Origin: an uncultured Clostridia bacterium
Lineage (GTDB): Bacteria; Bacillota; Clostridia; TANB77; UBA1234
NCBI GenBank assembly: GCA_947588905.1
Contig: CANQBB010000003.1
Location: forward strand, 1 to 60,629
Direction of reading: 5' to 3'
Length of the DNA: 60,629 bases
This document shows, piece after piece, positions 20,279-30,083 of this stretch. The stretch's first letter is position 1, and every line of letters starts with the position of its first letter. Below the pieces are notes generated by a model that was given only the letters and a program-made list of their open reading frames with translations, was not told the DNA's origin and searched no databases. The position numbers were made by a program, and so were the translations under genes.

Positions 20279-20316
20279 CCCGAAACTTAGAGTAAAATCT
20301 AGTTTCGGGTTTTTTT
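20279..20316 (+). terminator. Intrinsic terminator
   Basis: cccgaaact / agtttcggg stem plus T run. Confidence 0.75.
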
Positions 20317-20359
20317 AATATTAAGTTACCGGATTTTTAATAAAAAACCTTATTTTTGC

Positions 20360-20388
20360 TTGAACTATGCAAAAAAATGTGTTATTAT
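20360..20388 (+). promoter_or_regulatory. Sigma-A-type promoter of rpmE
   Basis: TTGAAC-N17-TATTAT with an extended TG. Confidence 0.55.
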
Positions 20389-20454
20389 ATTAAAGCATGC
20401 TAACATAGTTAAATAAAAATTATATAGATAAGTCATAAAAGAGAGGTGAAAGAA

Positions 20455-20658
20455 ATGAAAGCAGGAATACATCCAGAATACAAAGAAGCTACAATTAAAT
20501 GTGGTTGTGGCAACATTATAAAAGTTGGTTCAACAAAAGAGAATATGTCAGTCGAAGTTTGCTCAAAATGCCATCCATTCTATACAGGAAATCAAAAATT
20601 CCAAGCAACTGGTGGTAGAGTTGAACAATTTAAGAAAAAATATGGTATTAAAGATTAA
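20455..20658 (+). CDS. rpmE: 50S ribosomal protein L31 (Cys-containing type)
   Basis: [37 protein letters not shown]. Confidence 0.95.
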   Translation: MKAGIHPEYKEATIKCGCGNIIKVGSTKENMSVEVCSKCHPFYTGNQKFQATGGRVEQFKKKYGIKD

Positions 20659-20660
20659 AA

Positions 20661-20688
20661 AAAACCAGTCGTTAGACTGGCTTTTTTT
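20661..20688. terminator. Bidirectional intrinsic terminator
   Basis: ccagtc / gactgg stem with A and T runs between convergent genes. Confidence 0.7.
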
Positions 20689-20691
20689 ATT

Positions 20692-21006
20692 TTATTTGCA
20701 ATCTTCCTTGTCTTTGTGAAATTCACAATCTACGTAAGGGTCATCTATTGTAGTTTTAGCATCAAATTCTACAGGAATTTCAACTTTCATTTTTTGAACT
20801 ATAGTAAATTCACAAACTCCATTTTCAGAACCTTTACAACAATTATTTCCATGCATTGGAGTAATAATAGGCTTTCCGCAAGTCTCTGTTTTAATTTGTT
20901 TAACCTCTATACATGGAGTGATTGTAACAGGTAAACAAATTGTCAAAAATTTTTCTATTAGTTCAATACACTTTTTATCTGGATATTGATTTTCTTCTTC
21001 GAACAT
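20692..21006 (-). CDS. Cys-rich hypothetical protein, possibly spore coat associated
   Basis: RBS aaaggagg before the ATG at 21006; ICLPVTITPC...CGKP...CC...CEFTIVQ...VEIPVEF pattern; sigma-K-like promoter upstream. Confidence 0.65.
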   Translation of the reverse strand: MFEEENQYPDKKCIELIEKFLTICLPVTITPCIEVKQIKTETCGKPIITPMHGNNCCKGSENGVCEFTIVQKMKVEIPVEFDAKTTIDDPYVDCEFHKDKEDCK

Positions 21007-21034
21007 TACTGTTCCTCCTTTCAATGTTTTAATA

Positions 21035-21062
21035 TAAAGTATGCAATCTAATCAAATGTTGT
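21035..21062 (-). promoter_or_regulatory. Candidate sigma-K-type promoter
   Basis: Minus strand AC-N17-CATA-ctt-TA, closely resembling the element at 5536. Confidence 0.45.
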
Positions 21063-21165
21063 TACTATTTGTGTGGTTTATTATCATTAAAAATATCCTG
21101 ATTTATATTACAGCCATCTTGATTTTTTGCATATAATTTTATATAATTAGAGCCGAGGTGAGTTT

Positions 21166-22167
21166 ATGGAAAAGAAAATGACTTCAATAGGAGGCCAGGC
21201 CATTATTGAAGGAGTTATGATGAGGGGACCTAAAAAAATTGCTATGGCAGTTAGAAAGCCAGATGGCAATATTGAAATAGAAGAAAAAGATACAAATAGT
21301 ATTGGAAAATGGGCTAAAATTCCTATTGTAAGAGGAGTAGTTTCATTTATCAGTTCAATGGTTATAGGAGTTCAAGCTATAATGTTTTCTGCTAAATTTT
21401 ATGACGTAGAAGATGATGAACCTAAAAAAGAAAAGAAAGATAAAAAAGCAGATAAAGTTTCAAAAAAGGACAAGAATATAAATAAAGCTGAAACAAAAAA
21501 GAAAAAAGAAAAAAATAAGGATAATAAAAAGCAAGAAGATGGTAATGGATTATCTGATGGTGCAATGTATTTTTCAGTATTTGTATCTTTAGTAATTTCT
21601 ATTGGATTATTCATGTTATTACCTAATTTTGTTGCTGGTTTAGTTGTGCCAGAAGGAATGACAACAGCATACAATGTTGTAGAGCACGTTATAAAAATAA
21701 CTTTATTTTTATTATATTTAATATTGGTATCTCGAATGAAAGACATACAAAGATTATTTCAATACCACGGAGCCGAGCATAAGACAATATTTTGTTATGA
21801 AAATGGAGAAGAGTTAATACCCGAAAATGTAAAAAAATATTCTAGATTTCATCCAAGATGTGGAACTAGCTTTTTATTATTTGTAATTATTATAAGTATA
21901 ATATTCTTTTCATTTTTACCTAGATTTTCAAATGTTTTTGCCAATATGGCAATTAGACTTTTACTTCTTCCTGTTGTTGCAGGAGTATCATATGAAATTA
22001 TTAAATTTGCTGGTAGAAGCAAAAATAAATGTGTTATGCTTTTAAATAAACCTGGTATGTGGCTTCAAAGGTTAACTACTAATGAACCAGATGAAAGCCA
22101 AATTGAAGTTGCTATAGCTTCACTTAAGGCAGTAATTCCCGAAAATGGAGAAGATGATAAATGGTAA
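21166..22167 (+). CDS. DUF1385-family membrane protein
   Basis: IGGQAIIEGVMMRGP, YHGAEHK, HPRCGTSF, LQRLTTNEPD; usual position upstream of prmC. Confidence 0.88.
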   Translation: MEKKMTSIGGQAIIEGVMMRGPKKIAMAVRKPDGNIEIEEKDTNSIGKWAKIPIVRGVVSFISSMVIGVQAIMFSAKFYDVEDDEPKKEKKDKKADKVSKKDKNINKAETKKKKEKNKDNKKQEDGNGLSDGAMYFSVFVSLVISIGLFMLLPNFVAGLVVPEGMTTAYNVVEHVIKITLFLLYLILVSRMKDIQRLFQYHGAEHKTIFCYENGEELIPENVKKYSRFHPRCGTSFLLFVIIISIIFFSFLPRFSNVFANMAIRLLLLPVVAGVSYEIIKFAGRSKNKCVMLLNKPGMWLQRLTTNEPDESQIEVAIASLKAVIPENGEDDKW

Positions 22168-22970
22168 TAAATGAAGCATTACAAAATGCTAGAATAAAAT
22201 TAAGTGAAAACAATATTAACTCAAGAGAAGCAAGGCTTCTCTTGGCTTATTCTATGGGAATTTTACCTGATGATTTAATAAAATATAAAGAATGTTCTGA
22301 AGAGGAATATGAAAAATTTTTATTAAATCTTAATAGACGAATAAATGGTGAACCCTTTGCTTATATTGTTGGATTTAAAGAATTTATGAAACTTAAATTT
22401 AAAGTAAATGAATTTGTTTTAATTCCAAGAGAAGATACAGAAATATTAGTTCAAGAAGTAATTAAATTAAATAAAAAAAGAATTTTAGATATGTGCACGG
22501 GAAGTGGATGCATAGCAATTTCACTTGCTAAATATATAGAAAAGTCAAACATTGATGCGGTGGATATATCTAAAGATGCTTTAAACATTGCAATTGAAAA
22601 TGCAAAAAATAATAATGTTCAAGTAAATTTTATAGAATCAAATTTGTTTGAAAAAGTTAATTCAAGATATGAATTGATTGTTTCAAATCCTCCATATATT
22701 CCAACTAAAGATATAAACAATTTAATGAAAGAGGTAAAGCAAGAACCTAAAATTGCTTTAGATGGTGGTAATGATGGACTTGATTTTTATAAAAAAATTT
22801 CTAAAGAAGCTATTAACTATTTAGAAGATAATGGAATTTTAATTTTTGAAATAGGATATGATGAAGCAAAATCTGTTTGTGATATTTTAAAAAATGATGG
22901 ATATACAAATATTAAAGTGATTAAAGATTTAAGTGAAAATGATAGAGTTGTAATTGCTGAAAAGGAGTGA
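22161..22970 (+). CDS. prmC: Release factor glutamine methyltransferase (HemK/PrmC)
   Basis: GEPFAYIVG, VLIPREDTE, LDMCTGSGCIA, VSNPPYI, ALDGGNDGL. Confidence 0.94.
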   Translation: MVINEALQNARIKLSENNINSREARLLLAYSMGILPDDLIKYKECSEEEYEKFLLNLNRRINGEPFAYIVGFKEFMKLKFKVNEFVLIPREDTEILVQEVIKLNKKRILDMCTGSGCIAISLAKYIEKSNIDAVDISKDALNIAIENAKNNNVQVNFIESNLFEKVNSRYELIVSNPPYIPTKDINNLMKEVKQEPKIALDGGNDGLDFYKKISKEAINYLEDNGILIFEIGYDEAKSVCDILKNDGYTNIKVIKDLSENDRVVIAEKE

Positions 22971-22977
22971 GCGTTAG

Positions 22978-23922
22978 ATGTCTTTTTCTTCAGAATTAAA
23001 AGAAGAATTAAGTAAGGTAAGTACTAAAAATAAAGAATGTTGCAAACTTTCAGAACTTGCAGGGTATCTAATTACAAACTGTAATATAGCAAGAGAAAAA
23101 AATGATGAATTTATTTTGAAGATGACAACAGAAAGTTTATCATCTATTAAAAGAGTATATAATGCTTTTAGAAATTTATATGATGTAACACCAATTACTA
23201 ATATAGACAAAAAAATTGAAGGTAAAGATACTTTATTAGAACTTGTTGTATCTAATAAAGATGACTTGCAAAAAATTTTTAGTAATTCATGGATTAACAT
23301 TGATGTAAATCTTCAAATTGTTATAGATGATAATAATAATCATATACTCGAAAATGATTGCTGTATGAGATCTTTTTTAAGAGGTGTATTTATGGGAGCA
23401 GGTTCTATTGCTAATCCTAATACAGCTAATCATTTAGAAATTGTAGTAAGTAATCAGCAGAATGCAAATTTTATAAATAAAGTTTTAACTGAACTTGAAA
23501 TTAGTGCAAAGCTAATGAAAAGAAAAAAAGACATTGTTATATATATTAAAGATTCGGAAACGATATCTAACTTTTTGGTTTTAATAGGTTCAAATAAAGG
23601 AACTCTTGCATTTGAACAAATAAGGACATTGAAAAATTATAAGAACTATATAAACAGAAAAGACAATTGCGAAACTGCTAACTGGGATAAAACAGCACAA
23701 GCAGCATCTTTGCAATTAAAAGATATATTAGATATAAAGTCAGCGAAAAAATATGAGAAGTTACCTGTTAAGTTAAAACAAGTTGCAAACTTGAGAGTCA
23801 AATATCCAATGGCTGGACTTGGAGAAATTGGAGAAATGCTTGAACCACCACTTAGTAAAGCAGGAGTAAGTCATAGATTTAAAAAAATTAACGAAATTGC
23901 AGAAGGGATAAGAAATAAATAA
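22978..23922 (+). CDS. whiA: DNA-binding cell division protein WhiA
   Basis: MSFSSELKEEL, FLRGVFMGAGS, NCETANWDKT, LRVKYP, LGEIGEMLEPPLSKAGVSHR. Confidence 0.9.
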   Translation: MSFSSELKEELSKVSTKNKECCKLSELAGYLITNCNIAREKNDEFILKMTTESLSSIKRVYNAFRNLYDVTPITNIDKKIEGKDTLLELVVSNKDDLQKIFSNSWINIDVNLQIVIDDNNNHILENDCCMRSFLRGVFMGAGSIANPNTANHLEIVVSNQQNANFINKVLTELEISAKLMKRKKDIVIYIKDSETISNFLVLIGSNKGTLAFEQIRTLKNYKNYINRKDNCETANWDKTAQAASLQLKDILDIKSAKKYEKLPVKLKQVANLRVKYPMAGLGEIGEMLEPPLSKAGVSHRFKKINEIAEGIRNK

Positions 23923-23955
23923 ATGAACTAAAATAATTAACAAGGAGAAAAAATT

Positions 23956-25242
23956 ATGAAAAAAATAGTAATAATGGTATTAAGCTTAGTAGTATGTTTG
24001 TGTATGTCAAGTACAATATGTGCAGCTGTAATACCTAGTGATGTGCAGGGTACAAAGTATGAAACAGCAGTCAAATCATTAGTAGAAAAAAATATAATAA
24101 ATGGATTTGAAGATGGGACATACAAACCAAATGAAAATGTAACAAGAGCTCAATTAGCAAAAATAATATGCGAAGCATTAAAGTTAGAAGAAGTGACAGA
24201 TAGTATAACATTTTCAGATGTAGCTTCTAATCATTGGGCAATGAAATATATAAATACAGCGAGTAAGAATAATATAATAACAGGATATACAGATGGAACA
24301 TTTAAACCAGAAGCAAATGTAACATATGCAGAAGCAGTAACAATGGTAATGAGAGCAATAGGAAAAGATGTAGGAGTTAGTAGTACTGGAAAATGGTATG
24401 ACAATTATATGAATAAAGCAAAAGAAAATAATCTATTAGAAAAAATAGAAGGAGTAACAGAAGAGCAAAGTTTAAATCGAGGAGATACAGCGTTACTTAC
24501 ATATAACATGTTACAAGGCAATAATAATATGACTAATGATGAGTTTTATGCTTTTACTGATGTATATGATAAATTAATTTTTAGAGATGAAAATAATTAT
24601 AGAATATTTAGTGATGATAGAGTAAATGATACTAATTCAATGGTATATACTAGAAAAAATGAAGATGTCATGCAAATTAGTATTGATAATGGTCAAATTC
24701 GCAACTATATTAGTATACCATATGTAAATTTAGATTTAGAAATTGCAGATGAACTAAACAAAGAGTTTGAAACTGTTTATAATGATGTGATTGAACAGAG
24801 AACAACGGCTCTGAGAGATGAAAATTATTTTTTAGATGATAATAATGTAATAAAATGGTATGAAGATATAAATTATGATTATTATTTAAATAACGATATT
24901 CTTTCAATTGTTGTATATTATGGCAAAGGATATTATGCTGCTGATTATGAAGTTGAAACATATAATATAAATATAAAAACAGGGAAACTTTTAACAGTAC
25001 CAGAATTGATTAATTTTAATAGGAATGTTGAAAATAATTTATCTAATGAAGAAATTTTAGAACGAGTAAAAGAACTATATATAGAAGTATTTAATACGAT
25101 GGATTTGAACTATGGCTATGAAGTAATGCTTGAAAATGTTCCTACAAATATAAATGATTTAAAAGCTTTTATGGATGAAAATGGGAAAATATATATTTGT
25201 ACTATTAATGTTTTTGATGGAATAATTGGATCCGTAAAATAA
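23956..25242 (+). CDS. Secreted protein with N-terminal SLH domains
   Basis: Signal peptide; SLH motifs GFEDGTYKPNENVTRAQ, FSDVASNHWA, GYTDGTFKPEANVTYAE; acidic C-terminal domain. Confidence 0.85.
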   Translation: MKKIVIMVLSLVVCLCMSSTICAAVIPSDVQGTKYETAVKSLVEKNIINGFEDGTYKPNENVTRAQLAKIICEALKLEEVTDSITFSDVASNHWAMKYINTASKNNIITGYTDGTFKPEANVTYAEAVTMVMRAIGKDVGVSSTGKWYDNYMNKAKENNLLEKIEGVTEEQSLNRGDTALLTYNMLQGNNNMTNDEFYAFTDVYDKLIFRDENNYRIFSDDRVNDTNSMVYTRKNEDVMQISIDNGQIRNYISIPYVNLDLEIADELNKEFETVYNDVIEQRTTALRDENYFLDDNNVIKWYEDINYDYYLNNDILSIVVYYGKGYYAADYEVETYNINIKTGKLLTVPELINFNRNVENNLSNEEILERVKELYIEVFNTMDLNYGYEVMLENVPTNINDLKAFMDENGKIYICTINVFDGIIGSVK

Positions 25243-25284
25243 AGTAATAATAGTGTGATGATAGAATAATAAGAGGAGTAATAA

Positions 25285-26352
25285 ATGAAATCAGCATATA
25301 TTCATATACCATTTTGTAAGAAAAAATGCTTATATTGTGATTTTAATTCATTTGATAACAAAAATGAATTGATTGATAATTATATTGATGCATTAGTTAA
25401 AGAAATAAATAGTTATGATATTAAAGATTTATATACAATTTATATTGGTGGAGGAACTCCATCGTATATAGATGAAAAACATATTTCTAAAATATTAAGT
25501 TTATTACCAACTGCTGAAGAAATAACTATTGAAATAAATCCTGGCACTATAACTTATGAAAAATTATTAGAGTATAAAAAAGCAGGAATAAATAGAGTTA
25601 GTATTGGACTTCAAGTTGCAGATGATAATATACTTAAAATTATTGGAAGAATACATACTTTAAGTGAATTTGAAGATGCATATAATTTAGTTAGAAAGGC
25701 TGGTTTTAAAAATATAAATGTTGATTTAATGTTTGGACTTCCAACTCAAACATTAGAAAATTTTAAACAAAGTGTAGAATATTTAATTAACCTAAATCCA
25801 GAGCATATTTCTGCTTATTCTCTTATTTTGCATAATGATATTTTTAAGGACTTGCCATCTGATGAAGAAGAAAGAGATATGTATCATTATTTAATAAAAA
25901 GATTAAAAGAAGTTGGATACATTCATTATGAAATTTCTAACTTTGCTAAAGAAGGATATGAATCAAAGCATAACATTACATATTGGAAACAGCAAGAATA
26001 TTATGGATTTGGAGCAGGGGCGTCTTCTTATCTAGATGGAAAAAGATATACTAACGTGGCAGATATAAAAAAATATATAGATTTAATAAATGGCAAAGAA
26101 GATGTAAAAATTTTAGAAGAAGTGCAAAATGATGAAATAAAAATAAACGAATATATGATGCTTGGGCTAAGATTAGTTGATGGCATAAATATAGAAGAAA
26201 CAAATGAAAAGTTTAATCTTAATATATTAGAAAAATATAATGATAAATTAAAAAAATTAGAAAATATAGGTTTAATAAAGATTGATAGTAATATTTATCT
26301 GACAGAAAAAGGATTAGACTTGGCAAATATAGTGTGGGAAGAATTTGTGTGA
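25285..26352 (+). CDS. hemW: Radical SAM heme chaperone HemW (HemN-like)
   Basis: YIHIPFCKKKCLYCDF (CX3CX2C), YIGGGTPS, DLMFGLP, HYEISNFA, GFGAGA. Confidence 0.88.
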   Translation: MKSAYIHIPFCKKKCLYCDFNSFDNKNELIDNYIDALVKEINSYDIKDLYTIYIGGGTPSYIDEKHISKILSLLPTAEEITIEINPGTITYEKLLEYKKAGINRVSIGLQVADDNILKIIGRIHTLSEFEDAYNLVRKAGFKNINVDLMFGLPTQTLENFKQSVEYLINLNPEHISAYSLILHNDIFKDLPSDEEERDMYHYLIKRLKEVGYIHYEISNFAKEGYESKHNITYWKQQEYYGFGAGASSYLDGKRYTNVADIKKYIDLINGKEDVKILEEVQNDEIKINEYMMLGLRLVDGINIEETNEKFNLNILEKYNDKLKKLENIGLIKIDSNIYLTEKGLDLANIVWEEFV

Positions 26353-26438
26353 AAGTGGGGGACGGAGCAAAGTTGAAAGTGAGGGACGGAGCCGACTTTC
26401 AATTTGAAGAGCTTTTTTGAAAGTTTGCTCCGTCCCCC
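26351..26438. repeat. GC-rich nested inverted/direct repeat (REP- or MITE-like) between hemW and dnaE
   Basis: Perfect 15-bp IR gggggacggagcaaa (26357-26371) / tttgctccgtccccc (26424-26438). 18-bp direct repeat gaaagtg(g/a)gggacggagc at 26351 and 26375. Inner IR ttgaaagt / actttcaa. Confidence 0.8.
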
Positions 26439-26475
26439 TGTTTCAAAATATTGAAAGTTTTTGGAGGATTTTTAT

Positions 26476-29400
26476 ATGGAAGAAAGTAAGAAATTTGTCC
26501 ATTTGCATGTACATACAGAATATAGTTTACTTGATGGTGCTAATAGAATCAAAGATTTAGTTGCTAGAGTTAAAGAACTTGGAATGGATGCTATTGCTAT
26601 TACTGATCATGGCGTAATGTATGGTGCAATAGAATTTTATAAGGAATGTAAGAAGAATGGTATAAAGCCAATTATTGGTTGCGAAATATATACTGCTCCT
26701 AGAACTAGATTTGATAAAGAACCTAATATTGATGATAAAATGGGACATTTAATTTTGCTTGCAAAAGATAACGAAGGATATAAAAATTTAATTAAAATAG
26801 TATCTCATGCTTTTACAGAAGGATATTATTATAAACCAAGAGCTGATATAGAACTTTTAAGAAAATATAGTAAAGGTTTAATTTGTACTACTGCTTGTTT
26901 AGCAGGTTTTGTTAGCAGAGCAATTTTAGAAGACAATTATGAAAAAGCTAAAAAAATAGCTTTAGAATATATTGATATTTTTGGAAAAGAAAATTTTTAT
27001 ATAGAATTGCAACATAATGGTATAAAAGAGCAAGTGCTTGTGAATCAAAGTCTTATAAAACTTGCACGAGAATTAGATGTACCTTTAGTTGCAACTAATG
27101 ATGCTCACTACTTATATAAAGAAGATGCATATAGCCATGAAGTTCTTCTTTGCGTTCAAACTGGTAAGAAAATGATTGATGAAGATAGAATGAGATTTGG
27201 TAGTGATGAATTTTATATAAAATCTCCAGAAGAGATGTATGATAATTTTAAAAACTTGCCTGAGGCTTTAGAAAATACTGCTAAAATTGCAGAAAGATGT
27301 AATGTGGAGTTTGAATTTGGACATACTATTTTGCCTAATTTTGATACTCCTAATAATATGGACCATTTTGAATATTTAAGAAATATGTGCTATGAAGGAA
27401 TGATAAAAAAATATAAACTTAATGTTCCAAAAAATATTTCGCTTGAAGAAAAAATAAATTATATAAATGAAAATAATCAAGATTTATCTAAACGATTAGA
27501 GTACGAACTATCTGTTGTCAATAAAATGGGTTATACAGATTATTATTTAATAGTTTGGGATTTTATAAAATATGCAAAGGACAATGGAATACCTGTTGGA
27601 CCAGGTAGAGGTAGTGGAGCTGGAAGTATTGCTGCTTATTGTATTGATATAACAGATATTGATCCAATAAAATATAATCTAGTTTTTGAAAGATTTTTAA
27701 ATCCTGAAAGAGTTAGTATGCCTGATTTTGATGTAGATTTTTGCTATGAAAGAAGACAAGAAGTTATTGATTATGTATGTAGAAAATATGGAAATGATCA
27801 TGTCGCTCAAATTATTACTTTTGGAACAATGGCAGCAAGAGGTGTAATTAGAGATGTTGCAAGAGTCTTAAATGTTCCTTACGCAAAAGCAGATTCAATA
27901 TCAAAAAAAGTTCCAATGGAATTGCATATGACTTTAGATAAAGCTTTATCAATGAATCCAGAATTAAAAGCCTTATATGATGAAGATCCAGAAGTAAAAC
28001 AAATAATAGATATTTCTAAAAAACTAGAAGGATTGCCACGACATGCTTCGACTCATGCAGCAGGTGTTGTAATTACAAAAGATCCTGTTGATACATACGT
28101 TCCTTTATATAAAAATGATAATATAATTTCTACGCAGTATACAATGACAATTCTTGAAGAATTGGGACTTTTGAAAATGGACTTTTTAGGTCTTAGAACA
28201 TTAACAGTTATAAAAGATACAACAACTTTAGTAAAACAAAATAGAGGAATAGATGTAAAATATGATGAAAATATGGATGATCCAAATGTTTATAAACTTT
28301 GGAGTGAAGGAAATACTTTAGGAGTTTTTCAGTTTGAAAGTGGTGGCATGGTTTCTTTTATGAAGGAATTGAAACCAGATAGGCTAGAGGACTTAATTGC
28401 GGGAGTTTCACTATACAGACCTGGACCTATGGATCAAATTCCTAGATATATTAGAGGTAAATTAAATCCAGAAAAGACTGAATATACTCATCCAGCCCTA
28501 GAGCCAATATTAAATGTTACATACGGTTGTATGGTTTATCAAGAACAAGTTATGCAAATTGTTAGAGATATTGGTGGATATTCATTGGGCAGAGCAGATC
28601 TTGTTCGTAGAGCAATGGGTAAAAAGAAACTTGATGTTATGGCTCAAGAAAGAAAAAATTTTATATATGGTGTTACAGATGAAAATGGAAATGTTGTAAT
28701 TCCAGGAGCTATAAGAAATGGTGTTGATGAAAAGTCTGCTAATAAGATATTTGATGAGATGGCAGAATTTGCAAAATATGCATTTAATAAAGCACATGCG
28801 GCATGCTATGCAGTGGTTGCTTATCAAACAGCATATTTAAAAACATATTATCCAGCAGAATTTTTTGCTGCATTATTAAACAGTTTCATTACTGCTTTAA
28901 ATAAAATATCAATTTATATAAATGAATGTAAGAGATTAAATATAAATGTTATTAGACCAGATATTAACAGAAGCTTTAGCAGATTTACTGTAGAAGGTAA
29001 TGATATAATATTTGGACTAGCTGCTATAAAAAATGTTGGAGAAGCAGCTATTGAAAGTATTACAACTGAAAGAGAAAAGAATGGTAAATTTACCAACTTT
29101 GTAGATTTTTGTAAAAGAATTTCTAGCGCAGATGTAAATAAAAAATGCATTGAAAGTATGATTAAGGCTGGAGCATTTGATAGTTTAGGTGCTAATCGTT
29201 CAACTCTTCTTGCGTCTTTTGAAAATCTATTAGACACAATTAGTTCTGATACTAAAAAAGGTTTATCTGGACAGGTAAATATTTTTGATATGGGAAATGT
29301 AAAAGAAGAACATATATATACTTTAAAAGAAATTCCAGAAATGGATAAAAGAGAAATGTTATCTATGGAGAAAGATGTTTTAGGATTATATATTTCTGGA

Positions 29401-30000
29401 CATCCATTAAATTCATATACAAAAGAAATAGAAAATTATTCTACTATAAAAAGTATAGATTTGTTAAGTGAAGATGAAGATACAGAATATGCTAAATCAA
29501 AAATATTAGATGGACAGCTTGTTAAATTTATTGGTGTAATAAATCATATTAAAACAAAGATTACTAAAAATAATGATATGATGGCATTTGTTGATGTTGA
29601 AGATTTATTTGGAGAATTTAATATTATCGTTTTTCCTAAAACATATATGCAATATAGAGAAGCTTTGAAAGTAGATAATATTGTAAAAGTAGAAGGCAGA
29701 ATAAATATTCGTGAAGATGAAATAACAATAGCAACTACTAAAATTGAAACATTTACTTTGACAGATGATAAGATAATTCAAGAAAATAAAAATTTAATTA
29801 TTAAAATCCCTCAAAATATGAAAGAAGAAGATTTGAAATCTTTGAGAGAGTTCATTAAGACAATAAGTAATCAAAAAGGTAATAAAAAAGTTACAATAGA
29901 TAATAATGGAAATTGCAAAGATTTTGATATGTTTATTGATGAACAAATTATAAATGAGTTAAAAGATAAAGTAGGAGAGAGTAATATAATTTGGAGCTAA
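26476..30000 (+). CDS. dnaE: DNA polymerase III alpha subunit (DnaE)
   Basis: PHP motif HLHVHTEYSLLDG, GPGRGSGAGS, MPDFDVDF, KMDFLGL, YAFNKAHA, C-terminal OB fold. The ATG at 26476 follows ggagg. Confidence 0.96.
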   Translation: MEESKKFVHLHVHTEYSLLDGANRIKDLVARVKELGMDAIAITDHGVMYGAIEFYKECKKNGIKPIIGCEIYTAPRTRFDKEPNIDDKMGHLILLAKDNEGYKNLIKIVSHAFTEGYYYKPRADIELLRKYSKGLICTTACLAGFVSRAILEDNYEKAKKIALEYIDIFGKENFYIELQHNGIKEQVLVNQSLIKLARELDVPLVATNDAHYLYKEDAYSHEVLLCVQTGKKMIDEDRMRFGSDEFYIKSPEEMYDNFKNLPEALENTAKIAERCNVEFEFGHTILPNFDTPNNMDHFEYLRNMCYEGMIKKYKLNVPKNISLEEKINYINENNQDLSKRLEYELSVVNKMGYTDYYLIVWDFIKYAKDNGIPVGPGRGSGAGSIAAYCIDITDIDPIKYNLVFERFLNPERVSMPDFDVDFCYERRQEVIDYVCRKYGNDHVAQIITFGTMAARGVIRDVARVLNVPYAKADSISKKVPMELHMTLDKALSMNPELKALYDEDPEVKQIIDISKKLEGLPRHASTHAAGVVITKDPVDTYVPLYKNDNIISTQYTMTILEELGLLKMDFLGLRTLTVIKDTTTLVKQNRGIDVKYDENMDDPNVYKLWSEGNTLGVFQFESGGMVSFMKELKPDRLEDLIAGVSLYRPGPMDQIPRYIRGKLNPEKTEYTHPALEPILNVTYGCMVYQEQVMQIVRDIGGYSLGRADLVRRAMGKKKLDVMAQERKNFIYGVTDENGNVVIPGAIRNGVDEKSANKIFDEMAEFAKYAFNKAHAACYAVVAYQTAYLKTYYPAEFFAALLNSFITALNKISIYINECKRLNINVIRPDINRSFSRFTVEGNDIIFGLAAIKNVGEAAIESITTEREKNGKFTNFVDFCKRISSADVNKKCIESMIKAGAFDSLGANRSTLLASFENLLDTISSDTKKGLSGQVNIFDMGNVKEEHIYTLKEIPEMDKREMLSMEKDVLGLYISGHPLNSYTKEIENYSTIKSIDLLSEDEDTEYAKSKILDGQLVKFIGVINHIKTKITKNNDMMAFVDVEDLFGEFNIIVFPKTYMQYREALKVDNIVKVEGRINIREDEITIATTKIETFTLTDDKIIQENKNLIIKIPQNMKEEDLKSLREFIKTISNQKGNKKVTIDNNGNCKDFDMFIDEQIINELKDKVGESNIIWS

Positions 30001-30004
30001 CAAA

Positions 30005-30040
30005 TAATGGCTGTGATTTCTCACAGCCATTAGAATTTTT
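30005..30040. terminator. Bidirectional intrinsic terminator
   Basis: taatggctgtga / tcacagccatta 12-bp IR between convergent genes. Confidence 0.7.
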
Positions 30041-30083
30041 TAGATATCCTCCTTAATCAAAGGTTCATAGTTATAGCTTATTA

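Noticed and set aside
21400-21545. Lys-rich insert in DUF1385 as a separate element
   Set aside because: In-frame low-complexity linker with no repeat boundaries or other signal.
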